This document shows positions 63,340 through 64,000 of a stretch of DNA of 64,000 nt, piece after piece; position 1 is the first letter of the stretch; every line of letters begins with the position of its first letter. The position numbers and the translations under genes were made by a program. Under the pieces are notes generated by a model, which worked only from the letters and a program-made list of their open reading frames with translations, ran no database searches and had not been told where the DNA came from. The stretch is from Eledone cirrhosa (lineage: Eukaryota), in contig OZ024748.1 of the NCBI GenBank assembly GCA_964016885.1, forward strand, positions 55,986,001-56,050,000. Reading direction: 5' to 3'.

Positions 63340-63950
63340 AAATGGATAATAATGCTTTCCCCGCGTTTACATTGAAGGATGCTGTTAGTCATGTCAAGGA
63401 GATTAAGAGGAGAAATGGCCAAAGATTTTGAGACTGTCTGTCGGATTCTAATTATGTACTTCGATGTCTAACATACTATTTGTTTTGATTTCAAGATCAC
63501 TGTATTTGACATATTTTCGACTTCTTTACAGGCAATATTTTGGTCAGAAAATAATGCGATATCAATCAGTTCCCATGTATTTTTAATCTAGTTCTTAATT
63601 ATTTTATCTGGGCTCTTTCTATTGATCCCCTTGTCAGTTTGGACAAGCATATCCCAAATGTATTTTGTCAGGTCGCTGTCATGTACCAATTTGAGTCGTT
63701 TTCATACCTCTCCTTGTTTGTTGCCACCTCAAAGTGTTGGCTTCTTTCCCAGTAGGTAGAGCTGTCAATTGCTGCAGTTGTTATTGTTGTTAATCTTATT
63801 TTTCATTGCGTGCTGTCACTGCACTAACGAGCACACTTCGTGAGCTTTGATTATGTACAACATTTGTTTTGCTGTTGATGTTTCTATTGACTTGAGAGAA
63901 ACTACGTATTATATTTGTTGTGTCTATTAGTGCTATCTTCTGCACCTTGC
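63340..63950 (-). mobile_element. R4/Dong-like LINE fragment, restriction-like endonuclease region, decayed
   Basis: Minus strand YWERSQHFEVATNKERYE / LVHDSDLTKYIWDMLVQTDKGINRKSPDKIIKN*IKNTWELIDIALFSDQNIACKEVENMS / KYSDLEI follows ILWD..IQTD..I.ANRPDIV..D....C.LID.A.P.D.N...KE.EK..KY.DL. Outer boundaries are approximate. Confidence 0.75.
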
Positions 63951-64000
63951 TTATATTTGTAAGTCTTGCGGTTTTTAGTGCTATTTTCTTTATCTTGCTT

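Noticed and set aside
63340-63950. R4/Dong-like LINE as the mobiliser of SINE S1
   Set aside because: Dong-type elements are associated with sense-strand (TAA)n whereas S1 ends in (ATT)n, and no shared 3' sequence is visible.

Overview
AT-rich eukaryotic non-coding DNA, with no prokaryotic operon, CRISPR array or rRNA. The extreme (TA)n/(CA)n/(CT)n microsatellite load and the SINE types look like a cephalopod (Octopus-like) genome; this is inferred from repeat style and not verified. I cannot support any intact host gene, and almost all listed ORFs are microsatellite read-throughs. Supported content: about 10 copies of a tRNA-derived SINE with an (ATT)n tail; two V-domain-like SINEs and other decayed SINEs; LINE fragments (RTE, CR1-type, R4/Dong-type); an internally deleted RTE; two Helitron families, one present twice and carrying SINE cargo; a mariner MITE; a hAT MITE; a 200-N gap. 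The most striking signal is a set of at least 15 short (about 80-500 bp) elements from several unrelated families, sitting in (TA)n tracts and carrying whole or partial minimal type I hammerhead ribozymes, as Penelope-like element (PLE) termini do. Many are fold-back inverted repeats whose turning point lies on the ribozyme stem II hairpin. One group has a non-canonical U3-A8 core with compensatory stem changes. A decayed GIY-YIG-like PLE coding relic is also present. All structures were read by eye; no folding or database searches were run.
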